DNA of 64,000 nucleotides. It comes from Camelus ferus (taxonomy: Eukaryota). Below are positions 13,241 through 26,599 of this stretch, piece after piece; within the stretch, counting starts at the first letter, position 1; each line of letters opens with the position of its first letter. Made by a program: the position numbers and the translations under genes. Below the pieces are notes generated by a model. That model was given only the letters and a program-made list of their open reading frames with translations. It did no database searches and had not been told where the DNA came from. The stretch is from positions 67,024,001 through 67,088,000 of the forward strand of contig NC_045697.1 of the NCBI RefSeq assembly GCF_009834535.1. The letters run 5' to 3'.

Positions 13241-15244
13241 CTCACATAATTTTGGATGAAAACAAAAGACAACAAAAGGTACACTGCATTCTACACCATC
13301 TATGAATCTTAGAACTGTGTAAGTTTTAGGGCTGTCACATCTTTCCTTAGCTCTCATCTATCCCATCCTAAATTTTAATGAAAATATGCCATATATTTTC
13401 ATTTATAGTTGCTTTAGGAAGTATTTTTAAACATTGGCATATGCAATATTAATTAATATTGTGTGGATATAATAAAAATATAATGCTTTATAAAAAGGAA
13501 ATATCTTTTTAAAAAGAAAATAAAAATACACACACACATCTATATTACCAATATAGCATGATGCTGCTAGAGGTACTCAATATCAGAGCGGTTTTGTTTT
13601 TATTTATAATCTGCCTCTATAAGCATTTTCATTTAGTAAAGATAAGCCTAAGTATGTTTATAACTCTCATTTTAGTTTTGTGATTTCTTTTTCCTCTTTC
13701 TATTAAAATGTGTGTGTTTGAAGTCTTTACAAATAAATGAGCTGAAACAAATAAAACTCAATTCCCTCGAGATTTCGACGACATCTGGTGGAGTTATTAC
13801 TGAGTAATTAGACCAAGAGGTGGGACAATTCCCTGAAGGAAGTGACTGTACAGTTGGATACCAGTTATTTCTACACTCATCATCTTGCATAGTGAGCATA
13901 TTGATCCACAAACTGACAAACACTTAAATAGAGCTGCCACCTGATTTTCTAAGACCATTTTTGGTAGGTAAGTATGTGTTTCACATGCTTTTTAAAAGAT
14001 GCCTCTTCTTGGTCCTCTTACAGTCTGTTCTATTTCTTTATGTACCATCACCTAAGAGCTCTTTATTGTCAGAGACATTGAGTGCAGATCTCCTTCAGAT
14101 GCTGGTCACTGCTTGCCCCTCCTCAGTCCAACATTTGGATACAGATATGAATTAATTACAACTGAATTTTGAAAACATGTTATCTATTTTGGTATGTAGA
14201 GGTATTTATGAAAGAAAATAAAGATATTTAAATATTTTCACTTTTATCATATTTATCACTATTTAGCTTGGAAATATTGAATAGTAAAGTCTTAATATTA
14301 GATCTGGAAGGGATCTGAAAGTTCAAATTGTTATTCTCCCTGCTGGAGAGAAAAAAAAAAACCCTTAAACCATCTCAGAAAGATATACATCTTTCTAATT
14401 TAAAATAACTCTAGGAGTTTCTACAACTATCTTAAGTTACCCACTGTGGAATAAAAATTTGCTATCAAGAAAGTTTCCTTTATTGCCAATGTAAATCCCA
14501 CAGTTTATGAAGATCTACTTCATATTCTATATGCCTTCAGTATTTTACTGTTAAGGATATTTACAGAGCAATAAAGTCAGGGGTTTTAATAATGCTAGAA
14601 GCAAAGATTCTCTGATCAAGACCCACTCAAGTGAAGGCTGCACTTACCACTTCTTTTCCTGGATCCACAGTATCACTGTTCTTAATCACTCTCAATCTAA
14701 CTTTTGCTAAGAGTTAGGTAATTAGGGTTCATTTTTAGGTATAAATTAAAGACACAGAATACTTTAAACCTACAATGTTTACAAATTGTTTAAAAATACA
14801 CAAAGGGAAATTATGCATGTGAATTATTAACTTTTGACAGTCATGTAAACAAGTACCATTTATCCTTAGTTTACCGTGTTCCTCAATCCCAGGATATTTA
14901 AACCTGACACCAGACTTGACATACAAGTGAAATCCAGAGGCGTCTTTTACTAAATAAATAAATACCATAATTCAGTCTATTCATTCTCATCATCTATCTT
15001 CTTAAGCATAAATCATGCTTTAATTCTAGGTAGTCCAACTGGAATCAAGTCAAGTTATTCATCATATTGTACTTCTCAAATGCATGGAATGAGATCACTA
15101 AATCTTAACCAAACTGATTTAAAACTTTTTGCCAAAGGACAGTTAACTCCATTTTCAATTTCAATAATTGAAAGAACAATATGACAACATGCCAAAGGAA
15201 TAAGTGAATCCTAAACAACAGTCCAAATGCAATGGAAAACTCAC

Positions 15245-15466
15245 CAGAGGTTTCATCTACTCTCTCATCTACTATGTGGTCCTTCTGATGAACCCATTCA
15301 CTATTGCACTTGAAGTAGATCTGGGTGGCGGGGCTGGCTTTACAATACAGGTTCACAGGCTTATTCTTCACAATATAAGCTTCTTCAGGCTCAATAAGGA
15401 AATGTGGCAGAGGCTCAGGTGGATCAGACGGAAAGGTTTCTGGGAGTTCGTGAAAAAAGTCATCGT
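15245..15466 (-). CDS. UNC5C: UNC5C netrin receptor, coding exon 2 (N-terminal part of Ig-like domain 1)
   Basis: The minus strand translates to (D)[73 protein letters not shown](G), matching the UNC5C N-terminus as I recall it. Acceptor is CTTTGTTTTACCAG| (AG at 15468-15467) and donor is TCTG|GTGAGT (GT at 15244-15243). Length is 222 nt, phase 1 at both ends. Confidence 0.97.
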
Positions 15467-15629
15467 CTGGTAAAACAAAGAAAGTGAAAAATATTCAAAA
15501 CATTGTAGCCATTTGCCTTTTACTTGCTGTTCTTTTAAAAATAATGAAACTGTGGGTAATTTTTAGTCAAATCCATTTCACCTGCCTTCACTAATCAAGC
15601 TCTACAAAGAACCTGCATGTCCTCCAAGA

Positions 15630-16170
15630 GGCACATAGTCTAAACAATAAGATGCTTGCCTGAGTTGTTTTCCAGAAACTTGGAGTCAGCTGTGTCTAGT
15701 TTGAGCTGAGCTGGCTAAGACTGGATAGGACCACTCACCCTCCCAACTGGGCTTGTGTAAGTGTCTGCCCGGTGATTTTTTGATGTCAAAACTCCACCCT
15801 CACATCATGCTAAGCCCTTTCATTTTTTGTTTGTTTGTTTGTTTTCGGTAAGCCTTTAAAAAAAATGAAGTAGGCCCTTCATTTTTGAATGACCAGACGC
15901 CTGTAGCTTAGTTACAACTGCTCATAACAATTACTGCAGCTTTTTGCACTCACCTTTTCCCACGCTTCCCACGCCTCAGACTGCCCTGCTTCTTTATACT
16001 TTATCACATAAAACTCTCAGCCCTTTGCCTTCGGGGAGGTGTTTCTGAGACTTGCTCCTCCTCTCCTCACTTGACTGCCTTGCAAATAAACCCTCTCTTT
16101 CTTGCAAACCTTACCATCTGAGTGTTTTGGCTTGCTGCACGTTGGGCAAAACAAACCTGATCTGGTAACG
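15630..16170 (+). mobile_element. ERV1-class solo LTR (partial)
   Basis: LTR-like U3/R/U5 layout: CAGCCCTTTGCCTTCGGGGAGG, AATAAA at 16085-16090, and end GTTGGGCAAAACAAACCTGATCTGGTAAC(G). The 5' boundary is uncertain. Confidence 0.7.
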
Positions 16171-19100
16171 ACGATTCGTAAATCATCTAACGAAGTAATC
16201 TGAGTGCCTCCTATGAACAAGGCAGTATGTCAGGTCTATTGATCGGTTGTTCAATTAAGGATTTAGATGATTATTCTCATTTTTACTCATGGCAGAACTC
16301 AATATCCAGGAAGATAACTTTCTTGCCCTAAGAACACAGGTAGTAAATAGCAGAACTTGGATCAAAACCCAGGTTTCGTCTCCCTCAAAAACTGTGATCT
16401 TCCCCACATAGCACTATACCTCCCACTACACAGTGTTACCCTTGAGACCTGACAAAGCAAAAGCAATTTTATTAGAAAAGTTCATCTGAAAAGTTTAAGT
16501 CTCTTAGGTAAACCTTAAATCCTTTGCAAGGAGCCAAGATGAAATACTAGAAACATGAATTAAGGATCTTTAAGTTCAGATTCAAATCTGCCATTATTTT
16601 CAAAAGATGCCACTTCATGACATATACATTCATTCATCCAAAATCATCCAAAAATATTTATTAAGCTTAGAATTATTTTCAGCACTTGAAATATAGATGA
16701 ATATCAAGTCAGCCAATAGTAGATCCACAGTAGAGCCTAGAGTCCAGCAATGCTATTTAGTCTTATTTGGAAACTACACCTCAGATATCATATGTGTTAT
16801 ATGACTAGTCAAACCTATTCCCATTAGAATATTAATAATATTAGAGTGTTAACATGAAGAATAGTCTCATTTTTTATAGCACTGAAATTTATCAAACATA
16901 TTGCTCCCCTCCTGCTGTTCCAACACTACTGAATAAGGAAAACCCAAAAACCACTTGAGATATTTGCATACTTTGAGGTATGTTTTTCTTTAAATTGGAT
17001 TCTGTCTGATTCCTAATAAAAACATAAAATAATAAAAGCGCCTTTAAAAACCCTATTAACATATTTCACGCAAGTCAAAGTAAAAGGAGTCTTTCTAATA
17101 TATTATGAATTAAGTTAGGCATGATAATTTTCTTCCTATGAGGGACAGCGGAGAACAGAACTATTATTAATTCCCTAAGCTGAATAAGCACCCTAGGCTA
17201 ATAAGTAAGGTTAAAACTCCGAGGCCAAAATTAAAAGTTTTTACAAGTTCTTTAAAAGTACACATTTTCAGCAGCAAATACAGGTTATGGTGTTGGTTAA
17301 AACCAGTTAAAGACTGGTTGCTAAGATGTTATCTTGGAACTAATTTCGTCCTTCATTCAGTTGTTGCCCTGTTTTGGGAGACAGCCATTGGTAAAGGGGA
17401 CAACTGTCCACTAAGAAACCTGGCTTAGGACTTCTTAAATTTACAACATGAGACAGCTGTCAGATAGTAATGAAGTCTGGTCTCTACCAAATTGTTTTGC
17501 GGTAAAACTGGCTTCACCTGCATCACAGACAAAACTAGCTTTCAGAGCTGCTCCATAATTATAAATTCTTGAGCTTGTAATGTAAATGATATTTCCTGTC
17601 TCTAACTTGCTTTCTCATTATGCTTCTTTAATTTGCTTTCTTCTGGCAGGGCATGATTTCTGGTGTTTCCATTGTTGAACATCAACAATCCAAACTGCCA
17701 GCTTACTAAAAGAATAACCTCATTTCCATCAATTTGAGTTTCTTTACTCAATACGCAAGAACACTTAAGACTGCTTTAATAAACATAGTTCAGAAAGGCA
17801 AAGGAATGGGGAACTGCGGTGTTGACAGATTCATCAGCACAAAGCTGATGTCTTGAAGGCCTTATTTCATTTTTCCTTGTTTTTCTCTTCTGAAGCACTT
17901 ACTGTTTACATAATGATGGACAGTGCTGATAATCAATAAAGTGCCACAAAATATCAGACTCCAGTTTTGTAAAATGTTATCTGTTGTTTTTAATTATATT
18001 ACTCATGAACGCAGAGGGTCAACTCGATTTTTTTTTTACTATTGGTATATATATTTACACGTACAACATGTGTATGTATTTCATAACAATATATTTTTTC
18101 ACACATGCAAAATATAAAAAGCCTTTCAGTCATTGTTTTAGAAAGTGAGACATGCTCCTTTAGAAGGAATGATGACTGCAAGATATCAGATGGTTGTCTA
18201 CTTACTCAATAATGTAGCAAAAGTACTTATGCATTCACATCGTACAGAAAGACAGAGAATCACTAAAAACTGACAACCCTGCCTTGCCAAAGCATGTATC
18301 TCTTTATTCTTCACTTCATCCCTGACCTCAGTTAAGTTAAAATGTGAATGAAATGATACAACTTGCTTTAGTCATTTCAAAAAATTTTTTTCTTCTGATT
18401 ATTTCTTTGTAAACTACTGGGAAGACTAATGGAAGTTGAGGAAAAGTCACATTTGTGTTTTGGGCTCTGTTAAGTCCCGGAAAAAAACAATGATTTGATG
18501 TATTTAGAAAATGTATGGACAAACTAATTTTGCATTTCCTTCATTTTGAATTTTAAGATGAAAGAATCACTACAAATAAAGAAAGAGAAATAATTCCATG
18601 TCTTGGTTTGAGGCTTCATAAAGTGTTGATTTTTCAAGGTGTTTGTTAAATAACACTTAATGTGTAACTTCTTAGGAACGATTTCTATCATATGAAGAGT
18701 TTTCATCACGTCGTAAATCCAGTATTTCTTTAATATATCATTCTAGTCTCTGTATGAAGCACTTCTCTTAAATTTGATCTAAAGAGATGCCTCAACCAGT
18801 CACAGCATATGAGTTTATTAGTATTTCCTATAATACATATACAGTATATTTAAGTCTATGCTCTAGATTAATTCACATTGGGAAATATGGTACATCACTT
18901 CTAGTACTCAATTCGGGGGTAAGAATGACATTTATAAAGATAATTTTCAAGGCCCTGAGTCAGTAAAATATGTACATTGAAACAGACATGACAAGGTGCA
19001 AATGGGCTGATTATCAGTAGGTTCACAGGCTGTTGTGAAATTCTTCCCCTCTTCCTTTGCAACAGATGGCCTGGGTATCATGCCCCACCATGGAAATTGG

Positions 19101-19775
19101 CCCAGATAACAACTTACCCACCATCAGGTTTAGTATACTAAGAGAACACTTTCTTTGCTCTAGACAAAAAATGACGTCAGTATTATTTCATACATTGCCT
19201 TTTTATGAAATTTCATCATACTTTTTCTAGAGTAATTTTAAAAAATCAAACAAGCAAGTCAATTCTCTTTATCCAAAATTATAAGGAAAATGAGTACTTA
19301 AAAATCCAGCGTGGTTACATCTATATGTATTTAACAAGAAAAAAGTGATCATCTCAAATACCATGTATGTTTAATACGGAAAAAGTTACCATCTGCAGAT
19401 GATCTTCTACTAATACCTCTTATTGAACAGTTAGCTGTCCCGCACTATGGATTTGCCTCTCACATATGGAGAAATCTACGTTTCAGTTTTGGCCACCAGA
19501 GTTATCCAACTATTCCCCATTTTCAAAAGCCAGAAGTATACATAACAATGCTTAACACTAGTATGAAAGCTCTTTGAAGACCGGGACACTATCATTTACA
19601 TTTTTATTTTCCGTAATTCTAATATAGTGCCAGGCACTCATAGGAGGTCAATAAAAATCTTTTATTAACGGTAATTTTGATCATTCCTAACAGATTCACA
19701 AGATATTTTAGAGTTTCCAGTGCCTCAAATTCATTTACAAATATAAGGTGTCATAACAATAGTAAGATCTACAAA

Positions 19776-19935
19776 CTGGACTGGCTATGAAGTCTTTGTG
19801 GCCCAGTGCAAAATGAAAATTTAGGGATCTTTGTAAAAAATGTATTAAGAATTCTGAGATGGTGACAGCAGAGCATTAAATCAAGCACAGGTCCTGTGTG
19901 ACAGCACAGGTCACACCCCCCCGAAGCTGGCCCTG
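19776..19935 (-). mobile_element. MER45A hAT-Tip100 MITE
   Basis: GGCCCAGTGCAAAATGAAAAT...GACAGCAGAGCATTAAATCAAGC...GAAGCTGGCCCTG. The 8-bp TSD TCTACAAA (19768) / TCTCCAAA (19936) is typical of hAT elements. Confidence 0.88.
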
Positions 19936-21869
19936 TCTCCAAATGTCAGTTAACTGAGCATTCATGTGAAGTCCGAGAATTGAAATTACATCTTTTTTAG
20001 GGGATATTCACTTCAGAACTTACTTGGTATTTCCCAGCTTCTTAACAATGATTAGATGTTTTCCAGAAGACATGGCTTTTTAGACTGAGAAACTCAGGCG
20101 CTGATCAATTCTTTAAGCAAGTGAGTTTGCAATGGTGTACAAGGGAAAGTGTGTGGTTTTATCTGTTCCTGGCTTTCCCTTTGGATGTACTCCAGTGCTC
20201 ATCCATGGGCCTGATCCAAAACAAGTAAAATCCCTGCCACACCAAGGTTAACTTTTTCAGGGCACTAGAGGGCTGTTTAGTACGTGAGAATAACAAATAA
20301 GATTTGAGATTCTACCTTGAACTGGTGGACTGTTTACTGAGATCAGTTCCTATCATGCAATTCATTTTACTACAGAAATAAACTAGCTTTTTGATACTAG
20401 TAAGGTCCTGCTGTAAAACTTGAAGTTATAAAAGAACAATTTGATTTTTCAGCCAGGGAGAATAGTGAGTGCATCCTCTTACTACTTTATTTCTTTATAT
20501 AAATATCCATAGAGCCTCCTGAAGTCTTCAGGGAGATGATAGGAACTCAATTTGTGAATAGCAGCTTCAGACTGTGAAGTTATTTCTGACACCATGCCAC
20601 AGTTATCCTAAACTATTACGTGTTGTATAAAGGCACACTCCAGATGCAGCTATGGCTTGCATTACGTTATTTGGGCAAAATGACTTGATTAATTAAATCG
20701 CTAAACAATTTTCTACTTAGAGTTCATTCAGATTAACAAAGTAAAATTTCCAAAGTTGGTTTTATTCTGTACATTGAATTCAGTATTAACGTAAAGCTGT
20801 AATTGCCTTTTTGATTTAGATGTAACATTATTATTCATTTTATTGCCCCCTAACATTTGACTTAATTTTCCACTTTCTACCATTACCCAACAATGATATT
20901 GTCATTTTTATCTTGATATCAGGTAAATCTCAGCATTTCCCTTTCTGTTATATCATACAGACTTTTATTTTTTCATTTACATACAAGAAGAGAAAACTTT
21001 GCACCATGTATTATTTTTATAGACTTTCATTCCCCCTAATTCTTGACAGGAAATATTATGCTATGAACATCAATCTCAGAAGCTCTAAGTTTCTGGTTTT
21101 ATTACTATATATCAAGCCTTAATTCTCATCAACTTAATATATAAGTTTCTATATTTCTGAATCATAAGACTTAAACTATCATTGCTTACATCATAAAATA
21201 AAGGACTATTATCTCTTTGTCTGAGACCTGAAGTGTATTCTTCTGAAATGGAATTTACTTCCAAATGATTCAAAAAGCAATTTAAAATGAATGACTGCAA
21301 AGCTAATTTTATCTGCATTTGGCTGCCCATCCATCAGAGAGATAATTCATGATATATTACAACAAAAGGCAACTGGAATTAACTATTTGAATGAAACTCC
21401 AGCTTATTTTTAATATTTTGATTAAAATATCCATTGGAAGACAAAGACTATGGTCTATATTTCAAGCAACATATTAATGGACTTATCATTTAAATTTAAG
21501 TAGCTGAATATATAATGCCTTACATATATTGCACAATTGGAGGTACTGCACAATTTCTAACTCCAAAAGAAAAAAGGTTTTCTCAGCTCTTAAAAAAATA
21601 ATACCCAAATAATGCCCATATATTATTAATAGCGACATGAAGTCAGCATGCTATTTGACATGCACTTATCTGTGAAAGAAAGGCACCTCCTTCTGCCCCA
21701 GTTTAAGCCTTTATTATTTCGGATTTTTTACTAATATAAAATCCTCCTAAGTGTTTTCCTGCATACAATCTCTACCTCTGCCATGTGATCTATGTACCAT
21801 GCTCTTAGAAAATTTTTTCAAAGATACATTTGCTCCCTTCTTCAAATAACAATAGATACAATGTAAAGT

Positions 21870-22680
21870 AAAGTGGTAAGTTTTTTTGCTTATTATATTA
21901 GCTAAAAATACTAAATGATTGATGAGGTGTTGAGGAAATGTGTATTTACATATACTGGCTGTAGTGTAAATTGGCATCATGATAGAGAATATTTGACAAC
22001 ATAAAAAAACATTAAACCTACGCATCCCTCCAAATAGGTTATCCCATTTCTTGGAATCCATGTTATAGACATGTCATCAAAATGTAAATATATACAAAGA
22101 TGTTCACTGCAGCATTGTTTATTTTTTAAAAAATGATCCATTACAACGAAAGTCAGCTGTAATTAACTATTTAAATCATACTAAGAACAACTAACAACTA
22201 ACTGAAGAATGGTTAGATAATTATTCATTATATATCCCTCCAACAGAACACTGCTTCACCAATGAAAATAAAAATGAGGAGGCAGCTTTGTATGTACTAA
22301 ACTAGAAGGGCATCCATTATTCGAGCAAATAAAACAAGGTTCCGACCAATCTGTATAGAATAATGCCACCTTTTGTTAAGGAAGAAAGAAAAGAGAGAAA
22401 GACAAAAGGAGGGAGAGAGGAGAGAAAGAAGTGTGTGTGTGTGTGTGTGTGTGTAGATGGCTACATGGATAAATCACAAAAAGAGGCATAAGGCATAGCT
22501 AAGAAGCCAAAGCTCAAAAATGTTAACAGTCATGACTTCTGGGGAGAAGAGTTGGAGAGCTTTAGGGAGAACTTATATCTTCTATTTGGAGCAGGTTTTT
22601 CAAATGCTAGATTATGGATAATTTCTATTTTTTAATGTGTTTTTGAGTAATGTGTACTCAAATTAAAAAATGAAGAAATC
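21870..22680 (+). mobile_element. Old L1 (L1ME-like) 3' fragment containing a (GT)12 microsatellite at 22431-22454
   Basis: GTGTAAATTGGCA, CCCATTTCTTGGAATCCAT and CAAAGATGTTCACTGCAGCATTGTTT are L1 ORF2 3' end motifs. Confidence 0.7.
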
Positions 22681-23521
22681 AAACAATCCCATGTGTAACC
22701 TATTGCTTCAGCCTAGAAGAACCACTACAGGCTTCTTCACTAAATTAAACTGATACTGATTCACAAAGCCTTAGATGACTGCACTAAAACTTGTATTCAG
22801 AGACCGTGTTGCTTGTAGCTACATAGCATTTATTACATTCTGCCTCATTTCATCTCATTTTCCTCTTAGTTTTCCATTGCCCTAACTTCCTGATCTCTGT
22901 GACCCTTGACTTTGAACTAAAATAGTTTACTCTCTTACTCAAAATTTGTTCAAAAATAAATATTTGTGGATCATCTTCTATATCTCAGGACCGTCCTAGC
23001 TCTTATAGCTGAAGCTGCACTTTATCTCTCAATGGAATTTTTCTTATAAAAAGAAATAGTGAAATAAAAGATATTAAATTTATGATAATCTGAATTTTAT
23101 AATAAAAATGGTCTACTAGTCTGATTTTGTAAATAACGTGTTTATAATTCACTAGTACTTGACTTTCACTTTAAAGTGCTTAATTTTCAGATGTCAGACA
23201 GGTTTGCTAATATGTATAGAGACTTACACAGTGAATTAAGAAAAAAGTTCTACCGTTTTCTTACTCTCTGTTTATGGTTAGATTTACAAATCCTGTACTA
23301 TTATTTTGAATGTCAGGAATCTAAAGAATAAAACAAGATCACTCAGAAGAATATTACAGAAATCAAACAATTAATAGATAAGACAACATAAACTTAAGGT
23401 TAATCCTTACTAGTTAACTAAAAGTATGATTTGTAGTTTAAAAGAATCCAACAAAGATTTGAAAATTCAGCATTATATTCAATTAGCACATGCTTACCTC
23501 TTTCCAGGAATACTCTCTAGG

Positions 23522-23808
23522 AATGGTCAGTTTTATGTGGTAACCTGGCCAGGAATACATTCCCCAATTACTCCATCAAACACTAACTAGATGCTGCTGT
23601 GAAAGTATTTTCTGGATGTGATTAAGTACAAAATTAGTTTCCCTGAGTAAGAGAAACTATCCTAGATAATCTGAGTGTGCCTGATTCCATCCTTTGAAAG
23701 GCCTAATAACAGAGCTAAGGCTTCCCTGAACAACACCTGGATTAGGGTTTGATTGAATAACTGGGAACTGTAGCCTGGGCCAGCTGACACATGAACCTGG
23801 CCGTCACA
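23522..23808. mobile_element. Two MLT2 (ERVL) LTR 5' fragments in opposite orientation
   Basis: The + fragment (23522-23730) starts ATGGTCAGTTTTATGTGGTAACCTGGCCAGG. The - fragment (23731-23808) reads TGTGACGGCCAGGTTCATGTGTCAGCTGGCCCAGGCTACAG on the reverse strand. Confidence 0.8.
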
Positions 23809-24399
23809 TTTCCCACAACTTCACCATAGTGTTTTGTAACTCTTACTCATCTTTCAGCTACCAAACATCCATTCTTCTGAAAGCCTCCGCACTTTGAATC
23901 CTGGACATAAACCCCTCATATCACCTCCTATTGCTCTCTCCTCTTCTTCCTGTTTATATTTCTTCACCACTAGAAGGCAGGGTCAAATGTCAGGCACAGT
24001 GCATATCTTATTCATTTCTGCATAACTGATACCTAGTCCAGTGCCTAGCATGAACTTCAGGGTTTGTTTTTTTTTTTCCATTTTAATTGTTGTTCCTAAA
24101 GAAGTTCTACAGGAGAGAATAAAAGCACATAGGAATAACTCTATCAATAGAAACCATGAGAAGAAATCCTTGCACAAAATGCAACAGAAATATACATATT
24201 TGGAAGGTGTTCCTACAGTGTTTATAAGTATGGATCCAGTTCTCATATCAAAAAAATTTTCTGTTCTATGTAAGTGTAAATGCCATATATCATGAGGGGT
24301 GCACAGCTTTGGACTAAATACATTCCCTCAGTAATCAAAGTTGGATTTATAACATTTGGTGAGTGGGAAATAATATGATATATCTGATGACGGGGCCTC

Positions 24400-25170
24400 T
24401 TCAACCTCTTGGCCTCTTTTGAAACTTGGCTTCATTGCACCACTCCCTCCTTTTTGAAACCTCCTCCTCTCTTGGGGACTGTGCATTAGCACTCGATTGC
24501 TCCCTGCCCTACCTCTTTGACCTTTCTTCTTTTTCTTTGCTGCTTGAATACGGTGAGATACTTACCAGGTTCTCTCCTTTAGTCGCTCCCTTGGGCATTT
24601 CATCCATAACTCTGGCTACAATTATCAGATCAGGTCACACATATACAACCTTCTACCCCCACCTGCGTGCTTCTTAAAATCCTTCAATGCCTTTGCATTG
24701 ACTGAGAATGAAATTAGACTCTTTACCAAGGCCAACAAGGACCCGCTTGATCTGACTGCTGCCAGCCTCAATGTCGCCTTTCCAACCCTCCCGTCCTTTC
24801 CTCGCTAAGCTCGGGACAGACAGACTGGTAATTGTTTCTCTGAACACACCTAATGCAGTCCCACCCGAGGGCATTTTGCACTTGCTCTCCGTTTCTCTAG
24901 AAAAGATTGTCCCTCTCCTTCTTGACACTTAGGTTCCAGGAAGATGCCTCCTGGACAGAGAGAAATTGTTGACCACCCAATCTCAGTCTCTTGATGTCTC
25001 TCTCTAAGAACATGTCATGTTCTTTGATTTCTTCTTATCACCCATCACTATCTCAAATTAGCTTGTGCACTAAGTTAGTTGCTTATTTTGTTTTCCCTTC
25101 TCACAAAACTCTAAGCTTCATGAAATCAGAAATTTTACCCATTTTGTTTAACACTCTAGCCTCAGCATCA
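24400..25170 (+). mobile_element. L2 LINE fragment(s)
   Basis: Pyrimidine-rich L2 motifs (CACCACTCCCTCCTTTTTGAAAC; GAGGGCATTTTGCACTTGCT; TAAGCTTCATGAA). Confidence 0.7.
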
Positions 25171-26599
25171 ACATCAAATAAACTTATCTCCCCTCAAAAA
25201 CTACCTTCTTCTTTTGACTCAACTGCTTATTTCTGACTATAATACTCTCACAGTCAAAAGCAAGTGTGGAGCCGCATCTCCCCAACAAGGTGAGCCCACC
25301 TACATGTACAGCACATGAAATCTCCTCTACATTGTCTCTCTCACCATCAACCCTTAGTCCCCCTTCATCACCAGAACTCCAGCTGAAGTCCTCCTTCCAT
25401 TCATGACAATCATTACAAGACCCTTGTTACTGGTTTGGCTTGGTCCTGACTTTCCCTTCACAATAGCATCTATACCACATCACTCGGTTAACATTTCTAA
25501 ACAGAAAGTGGAATCATAACAGCTTCCACTGGAAACTTTCAGTATTCAGCAAAATGTGGCCCCAAATTAATTTAACTTTCAGCTTATTTACCACCACTTT
25601 ACCAAAGCTAAATTGGGTAATTCCATATCCCATAGACATAGCTTTAAAATTTTTTTCTCACTTCCATATATTCACTCTGCACATAATGCCTTGTTCCCTA
25701 CTGACTCTTCAAAGCTTATCTCAATACCACCAAAAAATCTATTCTTAATCCTCCCAGAGAAAACCATTCTTGGCTGTTCAATTGTAAAAATCCTTTAATG
25801 CAATTTGAGAGTCCCAATTATTTTTGTATTCCTTACTGCAGCTGGGTTCAAACACATATCCAGTTGGCTCTAAAACTTTCTCTCAGTTGAAGTGAACACA
25901 TCTAAAATTGATTACTTGTTTCAAGAATTATGAAGAAAATTAATGTCATTTCCATAGATAATGTGTTATGATAATTCGAATTATCAGGGTATAATCTATC
26001 CATATCTATCTATTTATCAAAAATCTATGTACATTTTTAACTATGATGGAAATTCTCAAGTCTATGCAAAATGATAGAAAAGAATCTCAATTACCCATAA
26101 CCCAGCTTCAAAGAATTTCAACTGTGTGCTAATTTTGTTTTACATACAATCATTTTTTTTAAGCATTCTAAAAAAAACTGAACATATCAGAGTACTAGGC
26201 TGAGATAGTGAAGGAGAAATAACACCAAATTAAGAATATGAATTAAATTCGTAATTTTGGAAACTGGAAATAAAATCTATGGAAATACATTGAAAATAAG
26301 AATACTTGGTTTATGGGTACAATGTTCATCGACACAATTAAGACCTAAAAATAACAATGATCAATGATGGTCTAAATCATGGACTAATGTATATATTACA
26401 TGGCATAACCATTAAAAAAACTCTAACCTGAGATTTCCTACACAAATTAGAAACTCTGTTTAGTGACTTTAAAGTGAAGAAGTTATTCCTTAAATTTACT
26501 GAAATAATTTATTAACAGTACAGTTGAAAAACACAGTAGCCCATAAGTCAATAATGAAGTTCAAGGGTACAGGGAATTTCACAGCTACGAAACAGCCCA

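Larger units (their letters stand above)
1..15244 (-). other. UNC5C: UNC5C intron 2 (5' portion)
   Basis: Begins at the GTGAGT donor. The next exon (LIVREVSIEISRQQVEELF...) was not found in the window. Confidence 0.8.

Noticed and set aside
15105..15371. ORF-track 88-aa ORF as a standalone gene
   Set aside because: It is part of UNC5C exon 2 read from an internal GTG and running through the splice donor into intron (EFSIAF... is intronic).
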